DNA of 64,000 bases from the human T2T-CHM13v2.0 reference genome, Homo sapiens, in NCBI RefSeq assembly GCF_009914755.1, contig NC_060936.1; one strand, 5' to 3'. Positions 41,077 to 53,500 of this stretch are shown in pieces. Numbering within the stretch: position 1 is the stretch's first letter; the number at the start of each line of letters is the position of its first letter. Under the pieces are notes generated by a model. That model searched no databases. It was not told where the DNA came from and saw nothing but the letters and a program-made list of their open reading frames with translations. The position numbers and the translations under genes were made by a program.

Positions 41077-44000
41077 AGAGTGTTTCCAAACTACTCTATG
41101 AAAAGAAAGCTTAAACTCCTTGAGTTGAACGCACACATCACAAAGTAGTTTCTGAGAATGATTCTGTCTAGTTTTTATACGAAGATGTTTCCTTTTCTAC
41201 ATTTGTCTCAAAGCGATTGAAATCTCCAACTGGAAACTGCACAAATAGGGTGTTTCAAATCTGCTCTGTCTAAAGGAAGGTTCAACTCTGTGAGTTCAAT
41301 ACACACACCACAAATAAGTTACTGAGAATTCTTCTGTCGAACATTACATGAAGAAATCCCGTTTCCAACGAAGGCCTCAAAGAGGTCCAAATATCCACTT
41401 GCAGAGATTACAAACAGTGTGTTTCCAAACTGCTCCATCAAAAGAAAGGTTAAACTCTGTGAGCTGAACACACACATCAAAAAGAAGTTTCTGTGAATGA
41501 TTCTGTCTAGATTTTATAAGAAGATGTTTCCTTTTCTACCGTAGGCCTCAAAGCGCTTGAAATCTCCAGCTGCAAATTCCACAAAAAGGGTGTTTAACAT
41601 CTGCTCTTCTAAAGGAAAGTTCAACTCTATGAGTTGAATACACACAGCACAAAGAAGTTACTGAGACTTCTCCTATCAAACATTATATGAAGAAATCCCG
41701 TTTCCAACGAAGGCCTCAAAGAGGTCCAAATATCTGCTTGCAGACTTTACAGACAGAGTTTTTCCAAACTGCTCCATCAAAAGAAAGGTTAAACTCCTTG
41801 AGTTGAACACACACATCACAAAGTAGTTTCTGTGAATGATTCTGTCTAGTTTTTATACGAAGATGTTTCCTTTTCTACCTTTGGTCTCAAAGCGATTGAA
41901 ATCTCCACATGGAAACTCCACAAAAAGAGTGTTTCAAATCTGCTCTTTCTGAAGGAAGGTTCAACTCTGTGAGTTGAATACACACACCACAAATAAGTTA
42001 CTGATAATTCTTCTGTGTAACATTATATGAGGAAATCCCGTTTCCAACGAAGGCCTGAAAGAGGTCCAAATATCCACTTGCAGACTTTACAAAGACAGTG
42101 TCTCCAAACTCCTCCATCAAAAGAAAGGTTATACTCTGTGAATTGAACGCACACATCACAAAGTAGTTTCTGAGAATGATTCTGTCTAGTTTTTATACGA
42201 AGATATTTCCTTTTCTACATTTGGCCTAAAAGCGCTTGAAATCTCCACGTGCAAATATCACAAAAAGAGGGTTTCACACCTGCTCTGTCTAAAGGACAGT
42301 TCACCTCTGTGAGTTGAATAGAGGCAACACAAAGAACTTACTCAGTATTCTTCTTTCTTGCGTTCTATGAAGAAATCCCGTTTCCAACGAAGGCCCCAAA
42401 GAGGTCCAAATATCTGCTTGCACACTTTACAGACAGAGTGTTTCCAAACTACTCTATGAAAAGAAAGCTTAAACTCCTTGAGTTGAACGCACACATCACA
42501 AAATAGTTTCTGAGAATGATTCTGTCCAGTTTTTATATGAAGATGTTTCCTTTTCTACATTTGGTCTCAAAGCGATTGAAATCTCCAACTGGAAACTGCA
42601 CAAATACGGTGTTTCAAATCTGCTCTGTCTAAAGGAAGGTTCAACTCTGTGAGTTGAATACACACACCACAAATAAGTTACTGAGAATTCTTCTGTCGAA
42701 CATTACTTGAAGAAATCCCGTTTCCAACGAAGGCCTCAAAGAGGTCCAAATATTCACTTGCAGATATTACAAACAGAGTGTTTCCAAACTGCTCCATCAA
42801 AATAAATGTTAAACTCTGTGAGCTGAACACACACATCAAAAACAAGTTTCTGTGAATGATTCTGTCTAGATTTTATAAGAAGATGTTTCCTTTTCTACCG
42901 TAGGACTCAAAGCGCTTGAAATCTCCAGCTGCAAATTCCACAAAAAGGGTGTTTAACATCTGCTCTTCTAAAGGAAAGTTCAACTCTATGAGTTGAATAC
43001 ACACAGCACAAAGAAGTTACTGAGACTTCTCCTATCAAACATTATATGAAGAAATCCCGTTTCCAACGAAGGCCTCAAAGAGGTCCAAATATCTGCTTGC
43101 AGACTTTAAAGACAGAGTTTTTCCAAACTGCTCCATCAAAAGAAAGGTTAAACTCCTTGAGTTGAACACACACATCACAAAGTAGTTTCTGTGAATGATT
43201 CTGTCTAGTTTTTATACGAAGATGTTTCCTTTTCTAGCTTTGGTCTCAAAGCGATTGAAATCTCCACATGGAAACTCCACAAAAAGAGTGTTTCAAATCT
43301 GCTGTTTCTGAAGGAAGGTTCAACTCTGTGAGTTGAATACACGCACCACAAATAAGTTACTGGGAATTCTTCTGTGTAAAATTATATGAGGAAATCCCGT
43401 TTCCAACGAAGGCCTCAAAGAGGTCCAAATATCCACTTGCAGACTTTACAAAGACAGTGTCTCCAAACTCCTCCATCAAAAGAAAGGTTATACTCTGTGA
43501 ATTGAACGCACACATCACAAAGTAGTTTCTGAGAATGATTCTGTCTAGTTTTTATACGAAGATATTTCCTTTTCTACATTTGGCCTAAAAGCGCTTGAAA
43601 TCTCCACCTGCAAATATCACAAAAAGAGGGTTTCACATCTGCTCTGTCTAAAGGACAGTTCACCTCTGTGAGTTGAATAGAGGCAACACAAAGAACTTAC
43701 TGAGTATTCTTCTTTCTAGCGTTTTATGAAGAAATCCCGTTTCCAACGAAGGCCCCAATGAGGTCCAAATATCTGCTTGCAGACTTTACAGACAGAGTGT
43801 TTCCAAACTACTCTATGAAAAGAAAGCTTAAACTCCTTGAGTTGAACGCACACATCACAAAGTAGTTTCTGAGAATGATTCTGTCTAGTTTTTATACGAA
43901 GATGTTTCCTTTTCTACATTTGGTCTCAAAGCGATTGAAATCTCCAACTGGAAACTGCACAAATAGGGTGTTTCAAATCTGCTCTGTCTAAAGGAAGGTT

Positions 44001-45152
44001 CAACTCTGTGAGTTGAATACACACACCACAAATAAGTTACTGAGAATTCTTCTGTCGAACATTACTTGAAGAAATCCCTTTTCCAACGAAGGCCTCAAAG
44101 AGGTCCAAATATCCACTTGCAGACATTACAAACAGAGTGTTTCCAAACTGCTCCATCAAAAGAAAGGTTAAACTCTGTGAGCTGAACACACACATCAAAA
44201 AGAAGTTTCTGTGAATGATTCTGTCTATATTTTATAAGAAGATGTTTCCTTTTCTACCGTAGGCCTCAAAGCGCTTGAAATCTCCAGCTGCAAATTCCAC
44301 AAAAAGGGTGTTTAACATCTGCTCTTCTAAAGGAAAGTTCAACTCAATGAGTTGAATACACACAGCAGAAAGAAGTTACTGAGACTTCTCCTATCAAACA
44401 TTATATGAAGAAATCCCGTTTCCAACGAAGGCCTCAAAGAGGTCCAAATATCTGCTTGCAGACTTTACAAAGACAGTGTCTCCAAACTCCTCCATCAAAA
44501 GAAAGGTTAAACTCCTTGAGTTGAACACACACATCACAAAGTAGTTTCTGTGAATGATTCTGTCTAGTTTTTATACGAAGATGTTTCCTTTTCTACCTTT
44601 GGTCTCAAAGCGATTGAAATCTCCACATGGAAACTCCACAAAAAGAGTGTTTCAAATCTGCTCTTTCTGAAGGAAGGTTCAACTCTGTGAGTTGAATACA
44701 CACACCACAAATAAGTTACTGAGAATTCTTCTGTGTAACATTATATGAGGAAATCCCGTTTCCAACGAAGGCCTCAAAGAGGTCCAAATATCCACTTGCA
44801 GACTTTACAAAGACAGTGTCTCCAAACTCCTCCATCAAAAGAAAGGTTATACTCTGTGAATTGAACGCACACATCACAAAGTAGTTTCTGAGAATGATTC
44901 TGTCTAGTTTTTATACGAAGATATTTCCTTTTCTACATTTGGCCTCAAAGCGCTTGAAATCTCCACCTGCAAATATCACAAAAAGAGGGTTTCACATCTG
45001 CTCTGTCTAAAGGGCAGTTAACCTCTGTGAGTTGAATAGAGGCAACACAAAGAACTTACTCAGTATTCTTCTTTCTAGCGTTCTATGAAGAAATCCCGTT
45101 TCCAACGAAGGCCCCAATGAGGTCTAAATATCTGCTTGCAGACTTTACAGAC

Positions 45153-46171
45153 AGAGTGTTTCCGAACTACTCTATGAAAAGAAAGCTTAAACTCCTTGAG
45201 TTGAACGCACACATCACAAAGTAGTTTCTGAGAATGATTCTGTCTAGTTTTTATACGAAGATGTTTCCTTTTCTACATTTGGTCTCAAAGCGATTGAAAT
45301 CTCCAACTGGAAACTGCACAAATAGGGTGTTTCAAATCTGCTCTGTCTAAAGGAAGGTTCAACTCTTTGAGTTGAATACACACACCACAAATAAGTTACT
45401 GAGAATTCTTCTGTCGAACATTACTTGAAGAAATCCCGTTTCCAACGAAGGCCTCAAAGAGGTCCAAATATCCACTTGCAGACATTACAAACAGAGTGTT
45501 TCCAAACTGCTCCATCAAAAGAAAGGTTAAACTCTGTGAGCTGAACACACACATCAAAAAGAAGTTTCTGTGAATGATTCTGTCTAGATTTTATAAGAAG
45601 ATGTTTCCTTTTCTACCGTAGGCCTCAAAGCGCTTGAAATCTCCAGCTGCATATTCCACAAAAAGGGTGTTTAACATCTGCTATTCTAAAGGAAATTTCA
45701 ACTCAATGAGTTGAATACACACAGCCCAAAGAAGTTACTGAGACTTCTCCTATCAAACATTATATGAAGAAATCCCGTTTCCAACGAAGGCCTCAAAGAG
45801 GTCCAAATATCTGCTTGCAGACTTTACAAAGACAGTGTCTCCAAACTCCTCCATCAAAAGAAAGGTTATACTCTGTGAATTGAACGCACACATCACAAAG
45901 TAGTTTCTGAGAATGATTCTGTCTATTTTTTATACGAAGATATTTTCTTTTCTACATTTGGCCTAAAAGCGCTTGAAATCTCCACCTGCAAATATCACAA
46001 AAAGAGGGTTTCACATCTGCTCTGTCTAAAGGACAGTTCACTTTTGTGAGTTGAATAGAGGCAACACAAAGAACTTACTCAGTATTCTTCTTTCTAGCGT
46101 TCTATGAAGAAATCCCGTTTCCAACGAAGGCCACAAAGAGGTCCAAATATCTGCTTGCAGACATTACAGAC
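45153..46171 (-). repeat. 6-mer HOR variant ABD
   Basis: B-to-D junction at ~45829. Confidence 0.95.
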
Positions 46172-47530
46172 AGAGTGTTTCCAAACTACTCTATGAAAAG
46201 AAAGCTTAAACTCCTTGAGTTGAACGCACACATCACAAAGTAGTTTCTGAGAATGATTCTGTCTAGTTTTTATACGAAGATGTTTCCTTTTCTACATTTG
46301 GTCTCAAAGCGATTGAAATCTCCAACTGGAAACTGCACAAATAGGGTGTTTCAAATCTGCTCTGTCTAAAGGAAGGTTCAACTCTGTGAGTTGAATACAC
46401 ACACCACAAATAAGTTACTGAGAATTCTTCTGTCGAACATTACTTGAAGAAATCCCGTTTCCAACGAAGGCCTCAAAGAGGTCCAAATATCCACTTGCAG
46501 ACATTACAAACAGAGTGTTTCCAAACTGCTCCATCAAAAGAAAGGTTAAACTCTGTGAGCTGAACACACACATCAAAAAGAAGTTTCTGTGAATGATTCT
46601 GTCTAGATTTTATAAGAAGATGTTTCCTTTTCTACCGTAGGCCTCAAAGCGCTTGAAATCTCCAGCTGCAAATTCCACAAAAAGGGTGTTTAACATCTGC
46701 TCTTTTAAAGGAAAGTTCAACTCTATGCGTTGGATACACACAGCACAAAGAAGTTACTGAGACTTCTCCTATCAAACATTATATGAAGAAATCCCGTTTC
46801 CAACGAAGGCCTCAAAGAGGTCCAAATATCTGCTTGCAGACTTTACAGACAGAGTGTTTCCAAACTGCTCCATCAAAAGAAAGGTTAAACTCCTTGAGTT
46901 GAACACACACATCACAAAGTAGTTTCTGTGAATGATTCTGTCTAGTTTTTATACGAAGATGTTTCCTTTTCTACCTTTGGTCTCAATGCGATTGAAATCT
47001 CCACATGGAAACTCCACAAAAAGAGTGTTTCAAATCTGCTCTTTCTGAAGGAAGGTTCAACTCTGTGAGTTGAATACACACACCACAAATAAGTTACTGA
47101 GAATTCTTCTGTGTAACATTATATGAGGAAATCCCGTTTCCAACGAAGGCCTCAAAGAGGTCCAAATATCCACTTGCAGACTTTACAAAGACAGTGTCTC
47201 CAAACTCCTCCATCAAAAGAAAGGTTATACTCTGTGAATTGAACGCACACATCACAAAGTAGTTTCTGAGAATGATTCTGTCTAGTTTTTATACGAAGAT
47301 ATTTCCTTTTCTACATTTGGCCTAAAAGCGCTTGAAATCTCCACCTGCAAATATCACAAAAAGAGGGTTTCACATCTGCTCTGTCTAAAGGACAGTTCAC
47401 TTCTGTGAGTTGAATAGAGGCAACACAAAGAACTTACTCAGTATTCTTCTTTCTTGCGTTCTATGAAGAAATCCCGTTTCCAACGAAGGCCCCAAAGAGG
47501 TCCAAATATCTGCTTGCACACTTTACAGAC

Positions 47531-50500
47531 AGAGTGTTTCCAAACTACTCTATGAAAAGAAAGCTTAAACTCCTTGAGTTGAACGCAGACATCACAAAGT
47601 AGTTTTTGAGAATGATTCTGTCCAGTTTTTATACGAAGATGTTTCCTTTTCTACATTTGGTCTCAAAGCGATTGAAATCTCCAACTGGAAACTGCACAAA
47701 TAGGGTGTTTCAAATCTGCTCTGTCTAAAGGAAGGTTCAACTCTGTGAGTTGAATACACACACCACAAATAAGTTACTGAGAATTCTTGTGTCGAACATT
47801 ACTTGAAGAAATCCCGTTTCCAACGAAGGCCTCAAAGAGGTCCAAATATTCACTTGCAGATATTACAAACAGAGTGTTTCCAAACTGCTCCATCAAAAGA
47901 AAGGTTAAACTCTGTGAGCTGAACACACACATCAAAAAGAAGTTTCTGTGAATGATTCTGTCAAGATTTTATAAGATGTTTCCTTTTCTACCGTAGGACT
48001 CAAAGCGCTTGAAATCTCCAGCTGCAAATTCCACAAAAAGGGTGTTTAACATCTGCTCTTCTAAAGGAAAGTTCAACTCTATGAGTTGAATACACACAGC
48101 ACAAGGAAGTTACTGAGACTTCTCCTATCAAACATTATATGAAGAAATCCCGTTTCCAACGAAGGCCTCAAAGAGGTCCAAATATCTGCTTGCAGACTTT
48201 AAAGACAGAGTTTTTCCAAACTGCTCCATCAAAAGAAAGGTTAAACTCCTTGAGTTGAACACACACATCACAAAGTAGTTTCTGTGAATGATTCTGTCTA
48301 GTTTTTATATGAAGATGTTTCCTTTTCTACCTTTGGTCTCAAAGCGATTGAAATCTCCACATGGAAACTCCACAAAAAGAGTGTTTCAAATCTGCTCTTT
48401 CTGAAGGAAGGTTCAACTCTGTGAGTTGAATACACACACCACAAATAAGTTACTGAGAATTCTTCTGTGTAACATTATATGAGGAAATCCCGTTTCCAAC
48501 GAAGGCCTCAAAGAGGTCCAAATATCCACTTGCAGACTTTACAAAGACAGTGTCTCCAAACTCCTCCATCAAAAGAAAGGTTATACTCTGCGAATTGAAC
48601 GCACACATCACAAAGTAGTTTCTGAGAATGATTCTGTCTAGTTTTTATACGAAGATATTTCCTTTTCTACATTTGGCCTAAAAGCGCTTGAAATCTCCAC
48701 CTGCAAATATCACAAAAAGAGGGTTTCACATCTGCTCTGTCTAAAGGACAGTTCACCTCTGTGAGTTGAGTAGAGGCAACACAAAGAACTTACTCAGTAT
48801 TCTTCTTTCTAGCGTTCTATGAAGAAATCACGTTTCCAACGAAGGCCCCAATGAGGTCCAAATATCTGCTTGCAGACTTTACAGACAGAGTGTTTCCAAA
48901 CTACTCTATGAAAAGAAAGCTTAAACTTCTTGAGTTGAACGCACACATCACAAAGTAGTTTCTGAGAATGATTCTGTCTAGTTTTTATACGAAGATGTTT
49001 CCTTTTCTACATTTGGTCTCAAAGCGATTGAAATCTCCAACTGGAAACTGCACAAATAGGGTGTTTCAAATCTGCTCTGTCTAAAGGAAGGTTCAACTCT
49101 TTGAGTTGAATACACACACCACAAATAAGTTACTGAGAATTCTTCTGTCGAACATTACTTGAAGAAATCCCGTTTCCAACGAAGGCCTCAAAGAGGTCCA
49201 AATATCCACTTGCAGACATTACAAACAGAGTGTTTCCAAACTGCTCCATCAAAAGAAAGGTTAAACTCTGTGAGCTGAACACACACATCAAAAAGAAGTT
49301 TCTGTGAATGATTCTGTCTAGATTTTATAAGAAGATGTTTCCTTTTCTACCGTAGGCCTCAAAGTGCTTGAAATCTCCAGCTGCAAATTCCACAAAATGG
49401 GTGTTTAACATCTGCTCTTCTAAAGGAAAGTTCAACTCAATGAGTTGAATACACACAGCCCAAAGAAGTTACTGAGACTTCTCCTATCAAACATTATATG
49501 AAGAAATCCCGTTTCCAACGAAGGCCTCAAAGAGGTCCAAATATCTGCTTGCAGACTTTACAAAGACAGTGTCTCCAAACTCCTCCATCAGAAGAAAGGT
49601 TATACTCTGTGAATTGAACGCACACATCACAAAGTAGTTTCTGAGAATGATTCTGTCTCGTTTTTATACGAAGATATTTCCTTTTCTACATTTGGCCTAA
49701 AAGCGCTTGAAGTCTCCACCTGCAAATATCACAAAAAGAGGGTTTCACATCTGCTCTGTCTAAAGGACAGTTCACCTTTGTGAGTTGAATAGAGGCAACA
49801 CAAAGAACTTACTCAGTATTCTTCTTTCTAGCGTTCTATGAAGAAATCCCGTTTCCAACGAAGGCCCCAAAGAGGTCCAAATATCTGCTTGCAGACTTTA
49901 CAGACAGAGTGTTTCCAAACTACTCTATGAAAAGAAAGCTTAAACTCCTTGAGTTGAACGCACACATCACAAAGTAGTTTCTGAGAATGATTCTGTCTAG
50001 TTTTTATACGAAGATGTTTCCTTTTCTACATTTGGTCTCAAAGCGATTGAAATCTCCAACTGGAAACTGCACAAATAGGGTGTTTCAAATCTGCTCTGTC
50101 TAAAGGAAGGTTCAACTCTGTGAGTTGAATACACACACCACAAATAAGTTACTGAGAATTCTTCTGTCGAACATTACTTGAAGAAATCCCGTTTCCAACG
50201 AAGGCCTCAAAGAGGTCCAAATATCCACTTGCAGACATTACAAACAGAGTGTTTCCAAACTGCTCCATCAAAAGAAAGGTTAAACTCTGTGAGCTGAACA
50301 CACACATCAAAAAGAAGTTTCTGTGAATGATTCTGTCAAGATTTTATAAGATGTTTCCATTTCTACCGTAGGACTCAAAGCGCTTGAAATCTCCAGCTGC
50401 AAATTCCACAAAAAGGGTGTTTAACATCTGCTCTTCTAAAGGAAAGTTCAACTCTATGAGTTGAATACACACAGCACAAAGAAGTTACTGAGACTTCTCC

Positions 50501-53500
50501 TATCAAACATTATATGAAGAAATCCCGTTTCCAACGAAGGCCTCAAAGAGGTCCAAATATCTGCTTGCAGACTTTAAAGACAGAGTTTTTCCAAACTGCT
50601 CCATCAAAAGAAAGGTTAAACTCCTTGAGTTGAACACACACATCACAAAGTAGTTTCTGTGAATGATTCTGTCTAGTTTTTATACGAAGATGTTTCCTTT
50701 TCTACCTTTGGTCTCAAAGCGATTGAAATCTCCACATGGAAACTCCACAAAAAGAGTGTTTCAAATCTGCTCTTTCTGAAGGAAGGTTCAACTCTGTGAG
50801 TTGAATACACACACCACAAATAAGTTACTGAGAATTCTTCTCTGTAACATTATATGAGGAAATCCCGTTTCCAACGAAGGCCTCAAAGAGGTCCAAATAT
50901 CCACTTGCAGACTTTACAAAGACAGTGTCTCCAAACTCCTCCATCAAAAGAAAGGTTATACTCTGTGAATTGAACGCACACATCACAAAGTAGTTTCTGA
51001 GAATGATTCTGTCTAGTTTTTATACGAAGATATTTCCTTTTCTACATTTGGCCTAAAAGCGCTTGAAATCTCCACCTGCAAATATCACAAAAAGAGGGTT
51101 TCACATCTGCTCTGTCTAAAGGACAGTTCACCTCTGTGAGTTGAGTAGAGGCAACACAAAGAACTTACTCAGTATTCTTCTTTCTAGCGTTCTATGAAGA
51201 AATCACGTTTCCAACGAAGGCCCCAATGAGGTCCAAATATCTGCTTGCAGACTTTACAGACAGAGTGTTTCCAAACTACTCTATGAAAAGAAAGCTTAAA
51301 CTTCTTGAGTTGAACGCACACATCACAAAGTAGTTTCTGAGAATGATTCTGTCTAGTTTTTATACGAAGATGTTTCCTTTTCTACATTTGGTCTCAAAGC
51401 GATTGAAATCTCCAACTGGAAACTGCACAAATAGGGTGTTTCAAATCTGCTCTGTCTAAAGGAAGGTTCAACTCTTTGAGTTGAATACACACACCACAAA
51501 TAAGTTACTGAGAATTCTTCTGTCGAACATTACTTGAAGAAATCCCGTTTCCAACGAAAGCCTCAAAGAGGTCCAAATATCGACTTGCAGACATTACAAA
51601 CAGAGTGTTTCCAAACTGCTCCATCAAAAGAAAGGTTAAACTCTGTGAGCTGAACACACACATCAAAAAGAAGTTTCTGTGAATGATTCTGTCTAGATTT
51701 TATAAGAAGATGTTTCCTTTTCTACCGTAGGCCTCAAAGTGCTTGAAATCTCCAGCTGCAAATTCCACAAAAAGGGTGTTTAACATCTGCTCTTCTAAAG
51801 GAAAGTTCAACTCAATGAGTTGAATACACACAGCCCAAAGAAGTTACTGAGACTTCTCCTATCAAACATTATATGAAGAAATCCCGTTTCCAACGAAGGC
51901 CTCAAAGAGGTCCAAATATCTGCTTGCAGACTTTACAAAGACAGTGTCTCCAAACTCCTCCATCAAAAGAAAGGTTATACTCTGTGAATTGAACGCACAC
52001 ATCACAAAGTAGTTTCTGAGAATGATTCTGTCTCGTTTTTATACGAAGATATTTCCTTTTCTACATTTGGCCTAAAAGCGCTTGAAGTCTCCACCTGCAA
52101 ATATCACAAAAAGAGGGTTTCACATCTGCTCTGTCTAAAGGACAGTTCACCTTTGTGAGTTGAATAGAGGCAACACAAAGAACTTACTCAGTATTCTTCT
52201 TTCTAGCGTTCTATGAAGAAATCCCGTTTCCAACGAAGGCCCCAAAGAGGTCCAAATATCTGCTTGCAGACTTTACAGACAGAGTGTTTCCAAACTACTC
52301 TATGAAAAGAAAGCTTAAACTCCTTGAGTTGAACGCACACATCACAAAGTAGTTTCTGAGAATGATTCTGTCTAGTTTTTATACGAAGATGTTTCCTTTT
52401 CTACATTTGGTCTCAAAGCGATTGAAATCTCCAACTGGAAACTGCACAAATAGGGTGTTTCAAATCTGCTCTGTCTAAAGGAAGGTTCAACTCTGTGAGT
52501 TGAATACACACACCACAAATAAGTTACTGAGAATTCTTCTGTCGAACATTACTTGAAGAAATCTCGTTTCCAACGAAGGCCTCAAAGAGGTCCAAATATC
52601 CACTTGCAGACATTACAAACAGAGTGTTTCCAAACTGCTCCATCAAAAGAAAGGTTAAACTCTGTGAGCGGAACACACACATCAAAAAGAAGTTTCTGTG
52701 AATGATTCTGTCAAGATTTTATAAGATGTTTCCATTTCTACCGTAGGACTCAAAGCGCTTGAAATCTCCAGCTGCAAATTCCACAAAAAGGGTGTTTAAC
52801 ATCTGCTCTTCTAAAGGAAAGTTCAACTCTATGAGTTGAATACACACAGCACAAAGAAGTTACTGAGACTTCTCCTATCAAACATTATATGAAGAAATCC
52901 CGTTTCCAACGAAGGCCTCAAAGAGGTCCAAATATCTGCTTGCAGACTTTAAAGACAGAGTTTTTCCAAACTGCTCCATCAAAAGAAAGGTTAAACTCCT
53001 TGAGTTGAACACACACATCACAAAGTAGTTTCTGTGAATGATTCTGTCTAGTTTTTATACGAAGATGTTTCCTTTTCTACCTTTGGTCTCAAAGCGATTA
53101 AAATCTCCACATGGAAACTCCACAAAAAGAGTGTTTCAAATCTGCTCTTTCTGAAGGAAGGTTCAACTCTGTGAGTTGAATACACACACCACAAATAAGT
53201 TACTGAGAATTCTTCTCTGTAACATTATATGAGGAAATCCCGTTTCCAACGAAGGCCTCAAAGAGGTCCAAATATCCACTTGCAGACTTTACAAAGACAG
53301 TGTCTCCAAACTCCTCCATCAAAAGAAAGGTTATACTCTGTGAATTGAACGCACACATCACAAAGTAGTTTCTGAGAATGATTCTGTCTAGTTTTTATAC
53401 GAAGATATTTCCTTTTCTACATTTGGCCTAAAAGCGCTTGAAATCTCCACCTGCAAATATCACAAAAAGAGGGTTTCACATCTGCTCTGTCTAAAGGACA

